From Thalia democratica (taxonomy: Eukaryota), in the NCBI GenBank assembly GCA_965202585.1, contig OZ241830.1, positions 44,702,001-44,766,000 of the forward strand: a stretch of 64,000 nt of DNA, given 5' to 3'. The translations under genes and the position numbers were made by a program. Each line of letters begins with the position of its first letter. Positions within the stretch are counted from its first letter, which is position 1. Below are positions 37,901 to 50,500 of this stretch, one piece after another. Below the pieces are notes generated by a model. It ran no database searches and was not told where the DNA came from. It was given only the letters and a program-made list of their open reading frames with translations.

Positions 37901-38892
37901 GCTCATGTTTGCAGAGTTCCTTCTACAGACAACAATGTTCACAGGTATATCGAAAATAAATTAGTTTATTTGACTGAGCTCAGCAATTTTATTTTTATAC
38001 TTAAACATTTTTAGTATTTCAATAAAATATAAAACTAATTTATTAACATTGAAACTTTACATAAAGCTAATTTATATTTAATGGTTTTTTAAATTTGTAT
38101 TTAAAACTTAAAAAGCTATAAATTTTCACTTTTTCTACTTATTTATGTATCTTATACAACACACTAAAAATATATTTACTTACTTTAAGTTCATTACTTC
38201 TGTCTATCAAATCTTTAGTATTTACAGTATTAAAGTGTTTATCTTTTTAATATATTCACAACTATAAAATAATTACTGATATATTTTTTCTAAAGGAGGT
38301 TAAAAACTTATAAAAAAATTCTAGTACCCACTAAACAAACTTTTGCAAATTTAATTTATCAAAAAAAACTAAGTTGAAATTATTTATAAACAAAAATCAA
38401 CATATAACAGCATATAAACCAGGGTTTTCCAAACTGGACCAAGTAGCCCCCTTGGGGGCCATTACGTAATTTTAGGGGGCCATGAGGTCATATTTTTAAA
38501 CTTAAACTAGATATTCTTGAGTTGATAATAAAAAGCAAAAAAAGGTCTTCGGCGGTTTTAATGGTAATTTTTGAGAAATCTTGTTTGAGGGGGCCTTTAA
38601 AAAAGGTTTTTGGGTAACCCTGATCTAAAATAACATTCTGAGTTTAACTAATTTAATTTAGGTAACTTTTAAATAGTTTACTTGCAGAACAAAAACTAAT
38701 AATGCTTCTTTTTATAGTTATTGTCCTATGCAATTATATTTTGTTAACAGGTTTGCAGGAAAAACATTAAGTCATGGAAACCCGTTGCTAGTAACTGTTG
38801 AAGTTGGTGATGACATAAGTCTGACTGTCAATTGTGAAAAGATGGTCATTGGGTCGATGCTATTCACTAAAATTAAAGAATGTTTGCAGTAA
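16906..38892 (+). CDS. AP3B1: AP-3 adaptor complex subunit beta (beta-3 adaptin), 24 coding exons, 1064 aa
   Basis: All introns are GT-AG and phase-consistent. Exons: 16906-17006, 21975-22050, 22379-22549, 23492-23652, 23961-24027, 27081-27263, 27682-27837, 28004-28156, 28662-28796, 29106-29238, 30176-30285, 30869-31045, 31411-31600, 32906-33024, 34071-34179, 35242-35430, 35673-35903, 36132-36258, 36488-36593, 37147-37189, 37440-37524, 37640-37737, 37812-37944, 38751-38892. The translation closely matches beta-3 adaptin ([59 protein letters not shown]), with an acidic Ser-rich hinge, the clathrin-box-like LLDLDDF and an ear domain ending EKMVIGSML. It is probably the single co-orthologue of vertebrate AP3B1/AP3B2. 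Confidence 0.96.
18506..18886 (-). pseudogene. BED zinc-finger transposase remnant of the 18452-21665 element
   Basis: [49 protein letters not shown] shows the BED pattern VWxYF...CxxC...TSxMxxHL, with an in-frame stop and His-to-Tyr decay. Confidence 0.8.
19578..19926 (-). mobile_element. Short inverted relative of the 12195 element, nested in the hAT
   Basis: CACGGTTGTCACTCTTTAAGTCAAAAAATCTGCCCTGAGT is the reverse complement of the 13403 end. The other end is TGACAACCCTTG, and the TSD is only partly conserved. Confidence 0.7.
20093..20498. mobile_element. CAGGGTTGC-family MITE with perfect 6-bp TSD TAAAGA, nested in the hAT
   Basis: taaaga|CAGGGTTGCTAAA ... TTTGGCAACCCTG|taaaga. Confidence 0.88.
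24174..24505. mobile_element. CAGGGTTG-family MITE, 6-bp TSD (cattca/cattta)
   Basis: CAGGGTTGTCACA ... TGTAACAACCCTG, with GTCAGGAAA subterminal repeats. Confidence 0.85.
25476..25825. mobile_element. CAGGGTTGCC-family MITE with perfect 6-bp TSD TATTTG
   Basis: tatttg|CAGGGTTGCCAAAAA ... TTTTGACAGATCTG|tatttg; the right TIR is decayed. Confidence 0.8.
25896..27032 (+). mobile_element. 1.1-kb CAGGGTTGCCAC-family element with a probable transposase C-terminal remnant
   Basis: CAGGGTTGCCACAA ... TTGTGGCAACCCTG, with flanks tcctta/tccaca. The internal ORF 26357-26545 ends in a coiled-coil-like ...[25 protein letters not shown]. Confidence 0.8.
29590..29920 (-). mobile_element. RTE-clade LINE 3' remnant in AP3B intron 10
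   Basis: Translation [33 protein letters not shown] resembles the RTE ORF2 C-terminal pattern DxxKRDLK...WExLAxDRxxWR. A short trinucleotide tail lies near 29595. Confidence 0.55.
30466..30759. mobile_element. hAT-type MITE (same family as 36741-37025)
   Basis: CAGAGATTCTTAAC ... GTTAAGAACCGCTG, with flanks ttctaaat/atataaat (6/8). The internal sequence aligns with 36741-37025. Confidence 0.8.
31770..32120. mobile_element. hAT/Charlie-type MITE
   Basis: CAAAGGTTTTTAA ... TTGAAAACCACTG, with flanks gtttaaac/atttaaac (7/8) and TGTGCACC subterminal repeats. Confidence 0.82.
34563..34880. mobile_element. Degenerate hAT/Charlie MITE (50522 family)
   Basis: CAAGGTCCGGTAAACTGCGGC ... AAGGCTGTTAACTCTTG, with flanks atctaaag/gtcttaag (6/8). 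Confidence 0.65.
36741..37025. mobile_element. hAT-type MITE (same family as 30466-30759)
   Basis: CAGCGATTTTT ... AATAACTGCTG, with flanks gttttgaa/gtttagaa (7/8). Confidence 0.8.
38420..38622. mobile_element. hAT/Charlie-type MITE in the last AP3B intron
   Basis: CAGGGTTTTCCAAAC ... TTTGGGTAACCCTG, with flanks atataaac/atctaaaa (6/8) and GGGGGCC subterminal motifs. Confidence 0.75.
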
Positions 38893-41063
38893 CTATCTTA
38901 TGTGTTCACTTTTGATGCATTTGTCAGTACACTCTGTTATTTGAACTAATAATGTTACAAATTTTTATTTGTTTATTTGGATTTGCTTTTAGACTTAGAT
39001 ATAAAATACTTTTGCATATTTTTAATGCTTTTAAAACTGCTAGGTGTTTTATTTAAATTTTCAACATTATTAACTTTTATAAAAATCAAATTATTTTATA
39101 ACTTTTTACAAAAGAGTAAAACAATAATACTCTATAAAATTACAACAAAAAGTTTTTTTAATTACTAATACATGTTACGTTTTAGATAACTCAAACTAAT
39201 GATCACTCAAATTTTTTTAAAGCAGGATTTTTTTTTTATCTTGGCATACACATCTTTAAATTAATGTTTGTACATATTAATGTTTTTATTTTGCACAAAG
39301 ACATTAACAACAGCTAAAAAAGCACCTCTTTTAATGATAAATTAATTATTTATTTTTTAGTTGGTAATTTTTTTTTTTGTATGACATATACTTGATGTTT
39401 CTCGTTTGTGCAATTTGTATATTATTCCCTTTTTATTTATGAATGTTGAAATACTAATATTAAACTATGTATTAGCAGATAATCAAACAAAAAGTATCTA
39501 GCTTCGTTAATCTACAATTTTAGCTTCTATTTTTGATAAGCCGTTGTTTTATCTTCGTTTTGCTGGTGCATTCAAAAACTATGAGTTAAAAAAATATATA
39601 TTAGTTAGTTTAAAACAATTATGAAATAAATAAAAATTCAAAAAATAGTGGATTTACTAGTGTATACATATAGTGACTTTTTAATATAAAGCTATTGGCA
39701 TTTCACTGGACCACCATCAGTAAAAAGTCCTGCAGCTGATTGCGATACTGGTTTTGTTACTATTACAACTCACTTGTTGATTTATAATGGAATAAACAGT
39801 TTTTAGTATCATCTTTCTGAAGCTTCAGTTCGCGGTTATACTTTAAAACAAGGGACAAGCAGCTTAACTACTACAAGTCAACGACTAAAATAATGTTAGT
39901 TAGTATCTTTGTTTTGGTCCTTATCTTTCGCGAGAAACGATTTTAGTGTTCATGGTGATAGCCTAGCGTTAAATATAAGATTGCGAAATTCAACGTTAAC
40001 TTTGTTGATAATTTGTACTACTAAAAAAACGAAGTAATTTGTTTAGACAGTATTATAATTTATACGGTAAATGACAAATTGTTATGCTCAATAATAATAA
40101 AAAATAGACTGTAACAAACGTTTAGCTAATTTAATATAGTTTATATATGCAACTTTTATATTATCAATTTACATCTTAGCATTGATGACTAAAAAAATAA
40201 AATTTGTTTTAAACTTTACAAAACTTTCGTTTAAATTACAAAGTTAGTGTTTTTTTTGTATTAATAGTCATAAGATAAAACAAACATTATATACTTAAAG
40301 AAGTATAATATTGTTTTTTATCATATTTAATTAGAAATTTATTTTTGCAATGAAAATTTTAAAAATACTAAAAAATCAAAATTGAAACGAAAAGTAATAA
40401 ACATTTAGAAGTTTGCTTAATATAACAAACTTACAAAAAAAAACTTCTCCAGCAAGTCATCTTTAAAACTTTTATTATATAAATCAGAAATTTCATCATT
40501 TCAGTCTAAAGCCGCTCTGCCGTAAAACTAGTTGTTAGTTTCGTACTATTCATTTAATATATAATATTTTATTAGAACTCAAATACACAAAAAAAACTTT
40601 TGCTTGGGACAGCTTTTTCTGTGTTTAATACGCGTCTTCAGCCAAGTTTTATTATTAAAAAATCATTTAAATATGTACAAAAACTTTTTTGTGTTTTTCT
40701 TTAATTGTATTTATTTCTACTAGGTTTCAATTAATAGTGTAGTATGTACTAATAAATGTACAGCTTTTATTAAGAATATGTTTTCTGGAATAATTTATTT
40801 TTATACTAGTTTTTCGGTTATTTAAAGTAGCTTACCACACTAGAATGTTTGTTGAACAAAAAAAAAACGCTTAAAAATTTTAGTCTTAAGGACATAGTAA
40901 TAATTTATGATATGATTAAGGTTTGAATAATATCTAGATTTTTGTCGATGTAAAAATAAAATTTGAGATATATTTCAAGTAATAAATGTATAGATTTTTT
41001 TGCAAACAGACAGAACCTTTGTATTATTTCCAACATGTTCATTTAAATCATTCATTAAAATTA

Positions 41064-41427
41064 TTATGATTTACCGGATACTAGTTTTCGGATCCGGCAG
41101 AATATTATTTTGAAAAAAATACCGGGATCTTATTTGAAAATCCAGTAGGTCACTGAATTTGTTTTAGTATTTTCTATAAAAAAATTAAAAGACACTTTTA
41201 AAACTTACACTAGATATTCTGGAGTTTATGACGAAGAGCAAAAACAATAAGGTCTTAGGCGTATTTTAGGGTAGTTTTGCAAAAAGTTACACTAGATATT
41301 ACTGGTAAATTTGAGATATTTATTGGATCCAGTCAGATCCTGATTACAAAATGATATTCGGATCCTTATTTCAAAATTATATTCAGATCCGGCTGGATAC
41401 TAAGTATTTGGATCCGGTAAATCTTTA
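41064..41427. mobile_element. MITE with GATTTACCGGAT inverted ends and GGATCC repeats
   Basis: TTATGATTTACCGGATAC ... GGATCCGGTAAATCTTTA; no clean TSD was resolved. Confidence 0.7.
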
Positions 41428-43689
41428 ATTATTCCAACAAAAAGGACCCATACTTCTTTTAAAACTTCAGTAAAATTTAAGCAAAGACTTAATTTGGTGT
41501 AGATAAGTTGTGGAAAAATAACTTAAGCTAGTTTATCTAAATTAAGTCGCGAAGAGTGTACTAAAACTTTCATCTTGACCTTTCGGCGGTGTTTTTTTTT
41601 CGATTTCTCGTTCAGTATGTAGAAAAAATAGTTTAAATAAATACCGATTTTACTAATTGTGAAAAGAAAAAATAAGTACAACTGTTGTTTTATTTTTACA
41701 AAGCTGCTTTTTTTACATGTAAGTAGTCAACTATTTGTTATTCTGTTCAAAATCTAAAGTTATAAGTAGAAACAAATATCAAATTATAAAATTGCGATTA
41801 AAAAATTGTAACAAAATATTTACATAAAGTTGTCGAGTTTTTACAACACAGTATTGTTAATCAAATTGTCTTACAAGTTTTAAATGTACATTCAGTATAT
41901 TTTTCTTGTTAAGTTATTAATACTTAGTTATACTATGTGTATTAATTTACATTGTAAAAACTTCATTACTTATTTAAACTATGTAAAAATACTTAAATTA
42001 TTAATTAAAACCAAAAATAAGAAAAAATTACACAGATACTTCGTTAAAGCACACGTTGTTCTCTTCAATAATTAAGTTATACGTCTTGATATAATCTAAA
42101 GTTCTAAACATTTGTATAACCTTGACTTGTTAAAATTTAATTACCATTATGTACATTCTCTAACCAGATATTGCTAGAAATCACGTTTTAAACTTCTACT
42201 TTAATCCACTGTTGAGTCTATCTTCGACTCTCAAGAATTACTTCGTGCCTTCCCGTGAACCTTACAAAAATTAAATATGAAAGGTGTGACCCATTGATTT
42301 TTTTTCTAAATTCCTATTTTGCGATAGTCGACAACACTAAAAAATATTAAAAATGTTATAAAAAAAGTTAGAGCTTTATGAATATTTATATTTTAGATTT
42401 TTAAATGGAATTAAAAAAATTTATATTATGATCAAAAACTAACTTATCTTTTTTATTTTATAAACTAACGTTATTAAACGATTTATTATATTTTTCTTAT
42501 AGCTCTATAAAATTTAAAATTTAAAAATGAATCATGATGTTCTGTTTTATACTTTTTATTTTTTTAAGTTTTTTTTAGAAAACTAAGTGTAACTCAAAGA
42601 GCTCGTCAATTCTTAAAAAAATCTAAAATATTCTTAAAATTTATATTTAAATGTCATTGAAAGTAAAAAGTCAATTAAACAATTGCTTAAAATATTAAGC
42701 AATAACTACACAAAACAAATCAAAAAAAATATTATCTTAGGTGAAAGCTAAGTAATTAACTTGGTAGTATATATTTGTTCTCCTTTGTAAAGACCTCAGT
42801 TTTTTTTAAATCAAATCAAAATAATAGTATCCTATTTTACAGTGTTTTAAAACACTTAGTAATATAATATTGTGAAAATAACTAGTTTACTTTTTTTGAT
42901 AGCTCTTAGTATATTTTATTTTGATTGTTTACTTCGTAAACTTTAAGCGGATTTAGTAAAGGACTAGAATTAAATTCATTTACATTTGATGAAAAGCTTA
43001 TGTTAAAAATGTTTAATAACTATAAAAAATACTAAGTCTTTACAAACTTAAACATTATTTTGATTATTTAATTTTTAGGATACTGCCATAGTATGCTTTT
43101 AATTAAAAAACTCTGTACACTACTAAATATTTTAATATATTTGAATTCTATAAGATTACAATGGTTACATCGTTTCCTACGAATTTATTAGATTATTGAA
43201 TTCTTACAGTATTACTATAATTCAAAAAAACTAAATTGCTAAAAATAAAAAAATCAACTGTCTAAATAATAAATTGATTCAAAAATGAACAGTTTGAAAT
43301 TGATTTTTTTATTGTCAAAAGTAACTCTTTATGGTTATTTCTAAATTTATTGATAGCTTTCTAAATGTGCAAAGAAATAGTTTAATAATAACTATAAAAA
43401 GGGTATACTTACAATTCCCATCCGCGATTATTTCCCAACAAACTTTTTTTCATTACTTTTTTATCCTTTTTTTTTTTGATTATATGGAATCTTTTTATTT
43501 TTTAACATCACTGTTACCCTTAAAAGGTGAGCGGTTGTCAGATTTGACCAGGTGAGATTTGATAGCAATTTAAAACTGAAAGGTTCCAAAAAATAGTGTA
43601 CAAAATATTAATAAAGATTGGTATTAAGATTACAAATACTATTTTTTTAAACAACCGGGTGACTTTGTGTTTGAATCTTTTTATAATAT

Positions 43690-46025
43690 ATTGTTTATGA
43701 ACGATAAAAAAATCGCTCAAGTTTGGTCTAAAGACAAAGGTCTTAAAGTACAAAGGAACCTTTTGGTTAACGAGTCGTACACCACATGCTTATAAAGTTT
43801 CTTACGAGCTGTTACACATAGTTTTTTTAATCATTAAAATATTAAAATCTTTAGTATTAAAACAATCAGTTTGACGAAAAGAAAAATTAAAGAAGTTAAA
43901 ACTAAACGATAGTTAAGTGAATTCTGTGTTTATTAATGTATTATAAATCTTGTTTAGTAACATAAGAACTAAAAATTATATATAACTTTAAATTAACTTT
44001 TAAATTAAGATAAACAACATTAATAACAAACGTGTGAATACTTGAATTATAGTATAACTTTTTTAAAGAAAGTAAAATGAAAAAGCTGAAATACTTTACG
44101 AAATTTTTTTTATAAGTGTTTTGTGCTAAAAAGTTAATTTTTGTTTTGTTAAAAAGTTAACTTGAACAGTAAAAACAATTTTACATTTGAATACTTAAAT
44201 AAACTGTTGTAATTTTTTTTTTTACAATTTTAAAGAAGTGATTTTTACAATAACTGAACTTAACTTTTATAAATGAAAATATGAAGATAAGTACTGTAAA
44301 ATTCATGCTCTTAATAATAAAAAAAAGAAAAAGACAATAATTATTTTAACAATAATGATATCAACAACAACAAATTTCTTTTTATTTTAAAATACACTTT
44401 TCTCTTTTTTTTTTGAATACTTGTCCAAGTCTAAAACTGTAATAATAGAAACTAAGCAACATTTGCAAACATAAAAATAAAGAAATTTTTATTGGCTTTC
44501 CTCAAAAAAAAAAAAGAGATTTTTTAACTTAAGTTTGCTTGAAACAGTTATCTTAGCTTACTTTTAAAATACTTTATTTTCTGCTAAAGTAAAAACATCT
44601 ATAACTATTTTTTACATTTGCATGCTAAAATAAAAAGTTTGTAAGTATTTTGAACTTAATTCAAAATAGTAATCTTAAAGAATAATCTTAAAAAATAACA
44701 AGATATAAAACTCTAAAACCTAGACTAAACCAATATTACTGTAACCAAACAAATCAACTTTCGAACAAAAATAAATAAATAAAAATTTGAAAACTAAATG
44801 ACAATTACTATTAACTCCTTAAACAAAAGTAAATAGACGACTAGGAATGATCACGACCTTGATAATCACTATTTAAAAAATAAATTTTAAGTTCATCCTG
44901 GAACTTTCCAAAATGACTCATATTTTTTTAAACATAATGGTAGCTTCATCCATAACTTACTTCCTTGGTAGGATAGCGATTTATGACCTATTTTGCTGTT
45001 GAATCTAGGTAGGAAAATATTTGTTTCTGAAGACCTCGTACGATAATATTGGACGTTTTTTACACTTTTATAGTAATTTTTAAAGTTATCTGGTAACAAG
45101 TTATTGTTAAACTTAAACATAAGCTGATCTATTTCATAGAGATACAGACTTTCAACACCTTGAATTTTTTTCTGATATTTTAATTCTCTTACACTATCAT
45201 ATTTCTTATAATGTATGCATCTAAGCGCTCTGTTTATGAGAACATTGATATAATTTATACATTTTTTATTTGCTTTTGCCCAGCACAACAAGCCATGTCT
45301 AACATTGCTCATATAAAAAGAATTAAAGATAATGTATAATGCTTTTTCATTTAAGAAGTACCTGGTTTTATATAATACACCCAATAATATTTGTAATTTT
45401 GTTTTTATAGCTTCTATGTGTTCTGTCTATTTTAAGTTTCTATCTAAAATTATTCCCTAGTATTTATAGCTATCTGTGTTTGTTATAACTTTTTTACCTA
45501 TTTTAACATTAAGTTCTATAAATTACTAAAAACTATTTTTGATTGGTGTAGAATCATGCTTCTGGTTTTATTAAGGTATAGTTTAAGTTTGTTTCTCATA
45601 AGCCAATCTGATACCTTTTTTAGTTCTGTGTTTAAATTTTTACTGTCATTTAGGTATGTTTCTTTTGTAAATGTCTTTTATAACATTGTATTTTCTGCAA
45701 AGTTGAGGACTTTAAGACTAGTATTATTTTGTAAGTCATTTATGTGTATTGGGAATAACAACGGTCCTAAAACTGAGTCGTGTGGTACCCCGACCTCACT
45801 ATTTTCACAGGTTGACTCATATCCTACAAAGCTAACGAATTGTTTTCTTTTATCTAAATATGAATTGATTAGTAGATGCATATTTCCTTTCACAACATAA
45901 CATTCTAATTTCCTTAGTAAGATATTTCTATCTACACTATCAAATGCTTTACTTAAATCCGAAAAGACTGCACAAACTGCGTTTCTTTTATCAAAATTGG
46001 ACAGAGCCCCTTCAACAATTCAGAA
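43690..46025 (-). mobile_element. 5'-truncated CR1/L2-group LINE: degenerate RT, ORF2 C-terminus and a long 3' region
   Basis: RT motifs are DLSKAFDSVD, GVPHDSVLGPLLFPIHINDL (GVPQGS..LF..YINDL) and FAENT (FADDT). The C-terminal part is ORF 44893-45384. The 3' region is homologous to 52900-54050. Confidence 0.9.
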
Positions 46026-47575
46026 AAAACTAATAAAAATAATAGATTTCACGAGGTTGAGTAATGTTAATTAATTTAGTCTGATCGTACTTCTTTTGAT
46101 TAGTACTTCATATAGATATATAACGAAAGCTTTTTTTCTCAATGATTAACCTTCATATTTATGTTGTTGATAGGTATAACTAATGTGTGTATATTGTATT
46201 GTGTATTATATTTTGTATAAACTACGATACTTCACTTTTTACAGAAAACCTTGGTCTTGAAAAACGTTAAAATAAAGTTCTTGAAAGTTTTCAGTAATGT
46301 AAGGTAAGTAATCAATTGAATAGTACACTTGTGTAAAAAATAATGTAGCTCTGATTTATTATAAGTATGCCTTTATATTACAACCAGTGTTGCCAAACAC
46401 TTATGCTAGTTTAATATTCTTGAAAAATTTAGTAAGTTTAAATTTGTTTCGTAAATCTTAGGCTAGGTTTGTGTGTTTTTATTCAATTTTTTTATAAAAG
46501 TCAAGTTTTTTTCTATACATTAAGTTATTTCTTTCTTTTATGATTTTTAAAGTATTCAAGCTTTAAAAAAAAACCTTTTTTTTTTTTTTGACTCTCACTA
46601 CTTTTTCGTAAATTTCTAATAAGCTCAAGCTAATTTGATGTAAATGAAATTAGTTTTTAGACAAACTTGATTTTTAGTTAGAAAAAGTGTTATTTATAGT
46701 AATATGTATGATCTGTTTTTATTAATAAATAACATTTTCCTCAACTTGATTTTGTTAAAGATTTATAATGTATTTTTTTAACTTCTGTTGAATTATTTTT
46801 GTAAAAACTAGCACATATAAACTTATACAACATTTTGGACATAGCTCAAAAGTGCGTACCTAAGAAAGTAAAATCTAATTATAAAATTCAATTTTAAAAT
46901 CACAAGAAGAGCGTACATAAAAAGTGCATACTCAAAAGTAGAATAACGTATTTTAAAATGTTGCATTTGAAAATATAAGTCACTAACCTTAATTTATGTA
47001 AAACTATTTAAGTAATTCTACAAAAATAGATAAAGTATTTTTAAAAACTGTGTGTTTTTAAAAGTTAACTCGTAAAACTTATACAAATCTATATTAAGGC
47101 TAATTCAAAACTTATAAAAAAATACTTTTATATCTATGTTTCATAAAATATGAAAAATTGTTTATTTTTAATTTAAAACAACAGTATAAAAATAAAAAAT
47201 AAAAATATCTGAATCCGTAAAGTATACTTAAACTTATACACTTTTTAGACTTCATTAATATTCGTGAAAGACAATAAAATTAAACAATATCATTATTCAG
47301 AAACTTTATTTCGAAACAAATAAAAATTTAGTGTTTACAATAATAATAAAATGTTTTTTTATTTAAAAAACTTAAGTTAATATTGCAGTAATAAAACCAG
47401 ATACTATAATTTTCAGTAAAAACTCTAACAAGTTTGAAAAAAAAATATATGTTTTGATCAGTCAAACTTTAAGTATGTTTCAATAATATATCAAAAAATA
47501 TATTGGTAAAAACATAGAACTAAATGTTCATTTTAAAATGGGTATTATTGTCTTCTTATTCTCCAATTTTTCCAA

Positions 47576-50500
47576 TCATGAAGATGATACAGCTCTGCTG
47601 TAAAAATAATAACAACTTTACAAGTAAAAAGTTTAAACTACAGGACTACCGTTTTTTGCTTCAGTGTTTTTATTTTTTAAAGTTTTAAGAACAATTTAAA
47701 TGATAAATAAAACTATTGTTTTATATTGTAAACGTTTTGTTTTGTACAGAACTATGAATACCATACTTATGATTTAGAGAAAAATATATATACATAACAA
47801 TATTAAGGGCAGTTTAATAAAAATATTCTATGTAGCTAACTTTAAATTAACAGTCTCATGTGTAGAAAATTTTTCTTCCTTAATCAAGCCGTCAAGGTAT
47901 ATTTAAAGAAGCTTAAAACGCGTCTTTAAAGTAAAACATTTTTAATTAATACACTACTTTTTTTAACTTTTATTTTCTCTTTCAAACGTTAAATTCAGAA
48001 AAGATGTTTCTTACTAATAGTTTGTATTCTATCTTTAATAAAACTACACTACAAATGCAAATAAGTATTTTAATTTTAACGAAATATATAACTAGCTAGT
48101 TTTAGTTTCATAAGAGTTTAGTTTCTTGTTATTGTGAAAAATTAGAATAAACATTAAAAAAAACCTTTTAGAAGATACGCGCGCCCTCGTATAAGCAGTT
48201 TCAGACTTGGTGCTTGTGTTGAGTTTTCTGCTGCTTGGTTTACCTGTTACACTTCTACGAACTGTTTCGCTTGCTCTTCTACATTATAAATTCTGTGTTG
48301 TTCTCAAATAATTGTTGAAATGAAAAATAAATAGTGTTGTAAAGCTATTGAAAAACTTATTGTTAATTTTCAAACTCATCAATTGTGTAATACGATTTTA
48401 AAAATTAGTCATGAAAGCAACAAGGAAGTACATTAGGTAGTAAGCTTTCTATTACATGACATAATACAGTAACTTTCGCATTGATCTTCCGTGTATTTAA
48501 TACAAGAGCAAATTAAACTTTATTTGGTTATTTCAAAGAATTAGAAAGTTAATTAGTTAAAAAAATTATTTTAATGAAAAAATTAAAGCTTACGAAGTTA
48601 AAAATTTAACTTGAATTTTAAAAAACATTGAAATAAATTAATAAAACTTTAATTTAACTACAATAAAAATATTGTAATGTATTGCAATAATCTAAAATAG
48701 TACAAAAGTAATGCTTCTTACGATAGATCTAACTGTATACCCGATTTTTTTTCTAAAATTAGTTCCCAAAAAGCTGTAGCATATTGGATTTAATACGGAG
48801 TTTATATACGCGAGAAGCGATGAAAAAATCGTCAAATTTTCACATGAACCTCCCTGTTTGTTTGAAGCAGTAAAAAATTGACTCTTTATAACTTCTGAAA
48901 TTATACTAAACAAAATTCTGTTACAAATTTTATCAGAAATTTTAATTAGTTTTATAGTTTCTGTTATCTAATACTTGAACTATTTTTAAAAAATCAACAG
49001 ACTAGTTTCAGTAACGTTTTAATTACAGAACTAATTTTTTTTAGAAAAATAAATTGTACAATCTTAGTAAAGTAAAAATAAATTGATTAAAAATAATAAA
49101 GGTTTATGTATGAAATAACCATTTAAATTTGTCTCAAAATTACATGCATTAACATGTTACCTGCATGTAAGGCAGACCCTTTATTTTGGTCAGGTGTATA
49201 ATGTGGAATGGCAGCCAGCAAATGATGAAGGTGGAAACCAGGAGTGCCGACATCAGGGTCACCTTGTTCCTCACTTTCGCCTGCCTGCCTCCTGACACTC
49301 CTCCTGAAAACTTCACTTTTTTGATGATCATGCCGTACGTTGCAATCATTGCCTTCGTATAAATGTTTTAAAATGTGAATTGAAAATAATTTAAAACATC
49401 AACGTAAGGCATTATTTACAAGCTTCCTTTGAAAAAAAAACTGACTTAAACAGCTTGAATAAATGTTATTTAAAAAAGTTTTCAAGCATTTGGTTTAGTG
49501 TTAAACTTCTAAGCAGTAAAAAGAAAAGTATAAGTAAGCTAAAAAATGTAAATAGTAAAATTACCAATACTGGAAAAATGTATAAAACTATGAAGTTTGT
49601 GTACAGAAATTTGTGCCATCGCTTTGGAGAATTTCTGTAGTGACAGTTTATACTTTGAATGTACAACAGATCATCCTCAGAACCTTCTGTGGTATTGCCA
49701 TTTTCTGGTAAATAATCACCACTAGGGTCAAATTCATCTTCCCATTTGCTCGAATAGTACGACTCCTCCTCGTCGATAAATGTCAGATTGCTTGAAATTG
49801 AGGTCATGTTTTTTGTTAAATTAATTTCAGTAGAGTTGTTATTTTTAGTATTTCTATTCGTATCATTTTCTGAGGAATAATAACTGTAATAGTCTCCTAG
49901 TTCTTCATAGTAGTCTGGATAGCTGTCACTGCAAATAGTTAATTATTTTGGTTTTAAGAATAATTATTTTTAAAAGTAAATAAAGTTTAAAACAACTTGT
50001 ATATTAAAAACTAAAACGTGGATAACATTTTACTAACCTAATTTTATTATACCTTTGATATTTTTTGATCACTTTGTAATAATCATATGAACTTAAACTT
50101 ACCTAACGCGTAGCTTCACATGCTTAAGACATGTAAGAGGGACGACGATGCAAGGCGGGGTCGACAAGTTTAAACGTGAATAGTTAAATGTTAGTCTCTA
50201 AGCAGATGATAAACAAGCTTAATTGTCTATTACTACATAGAACTTAAGTTTTAAAAAGGTTTCAAGAACAGTAAACAGCTTCGAAAATAAAAATAAAAAC
50301 CTAAGTATAAAACAACATTGATAAGCTGTTGGAAGAACAATATGTATCACTTTGAAAAAAATGAAACTCACCTGTAATGATCTTGGTGTACTAATTAAGT
50401 ACACCTCAAAATCAGGAGTTTCCTTAAGCCAATCGTCTTATTTCAAAATAAAAAATTATAAAGTAGCCGTGCATTTGTTACTTGTATTTCTGCGCAGCTT

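Noticed and set aside
39500-42300. Scattered GC-richer patches with splice-like signals between AP3B and the LINE
   Set aside because: They could not be chained into a phase-consistent gene and no homology was recognised.
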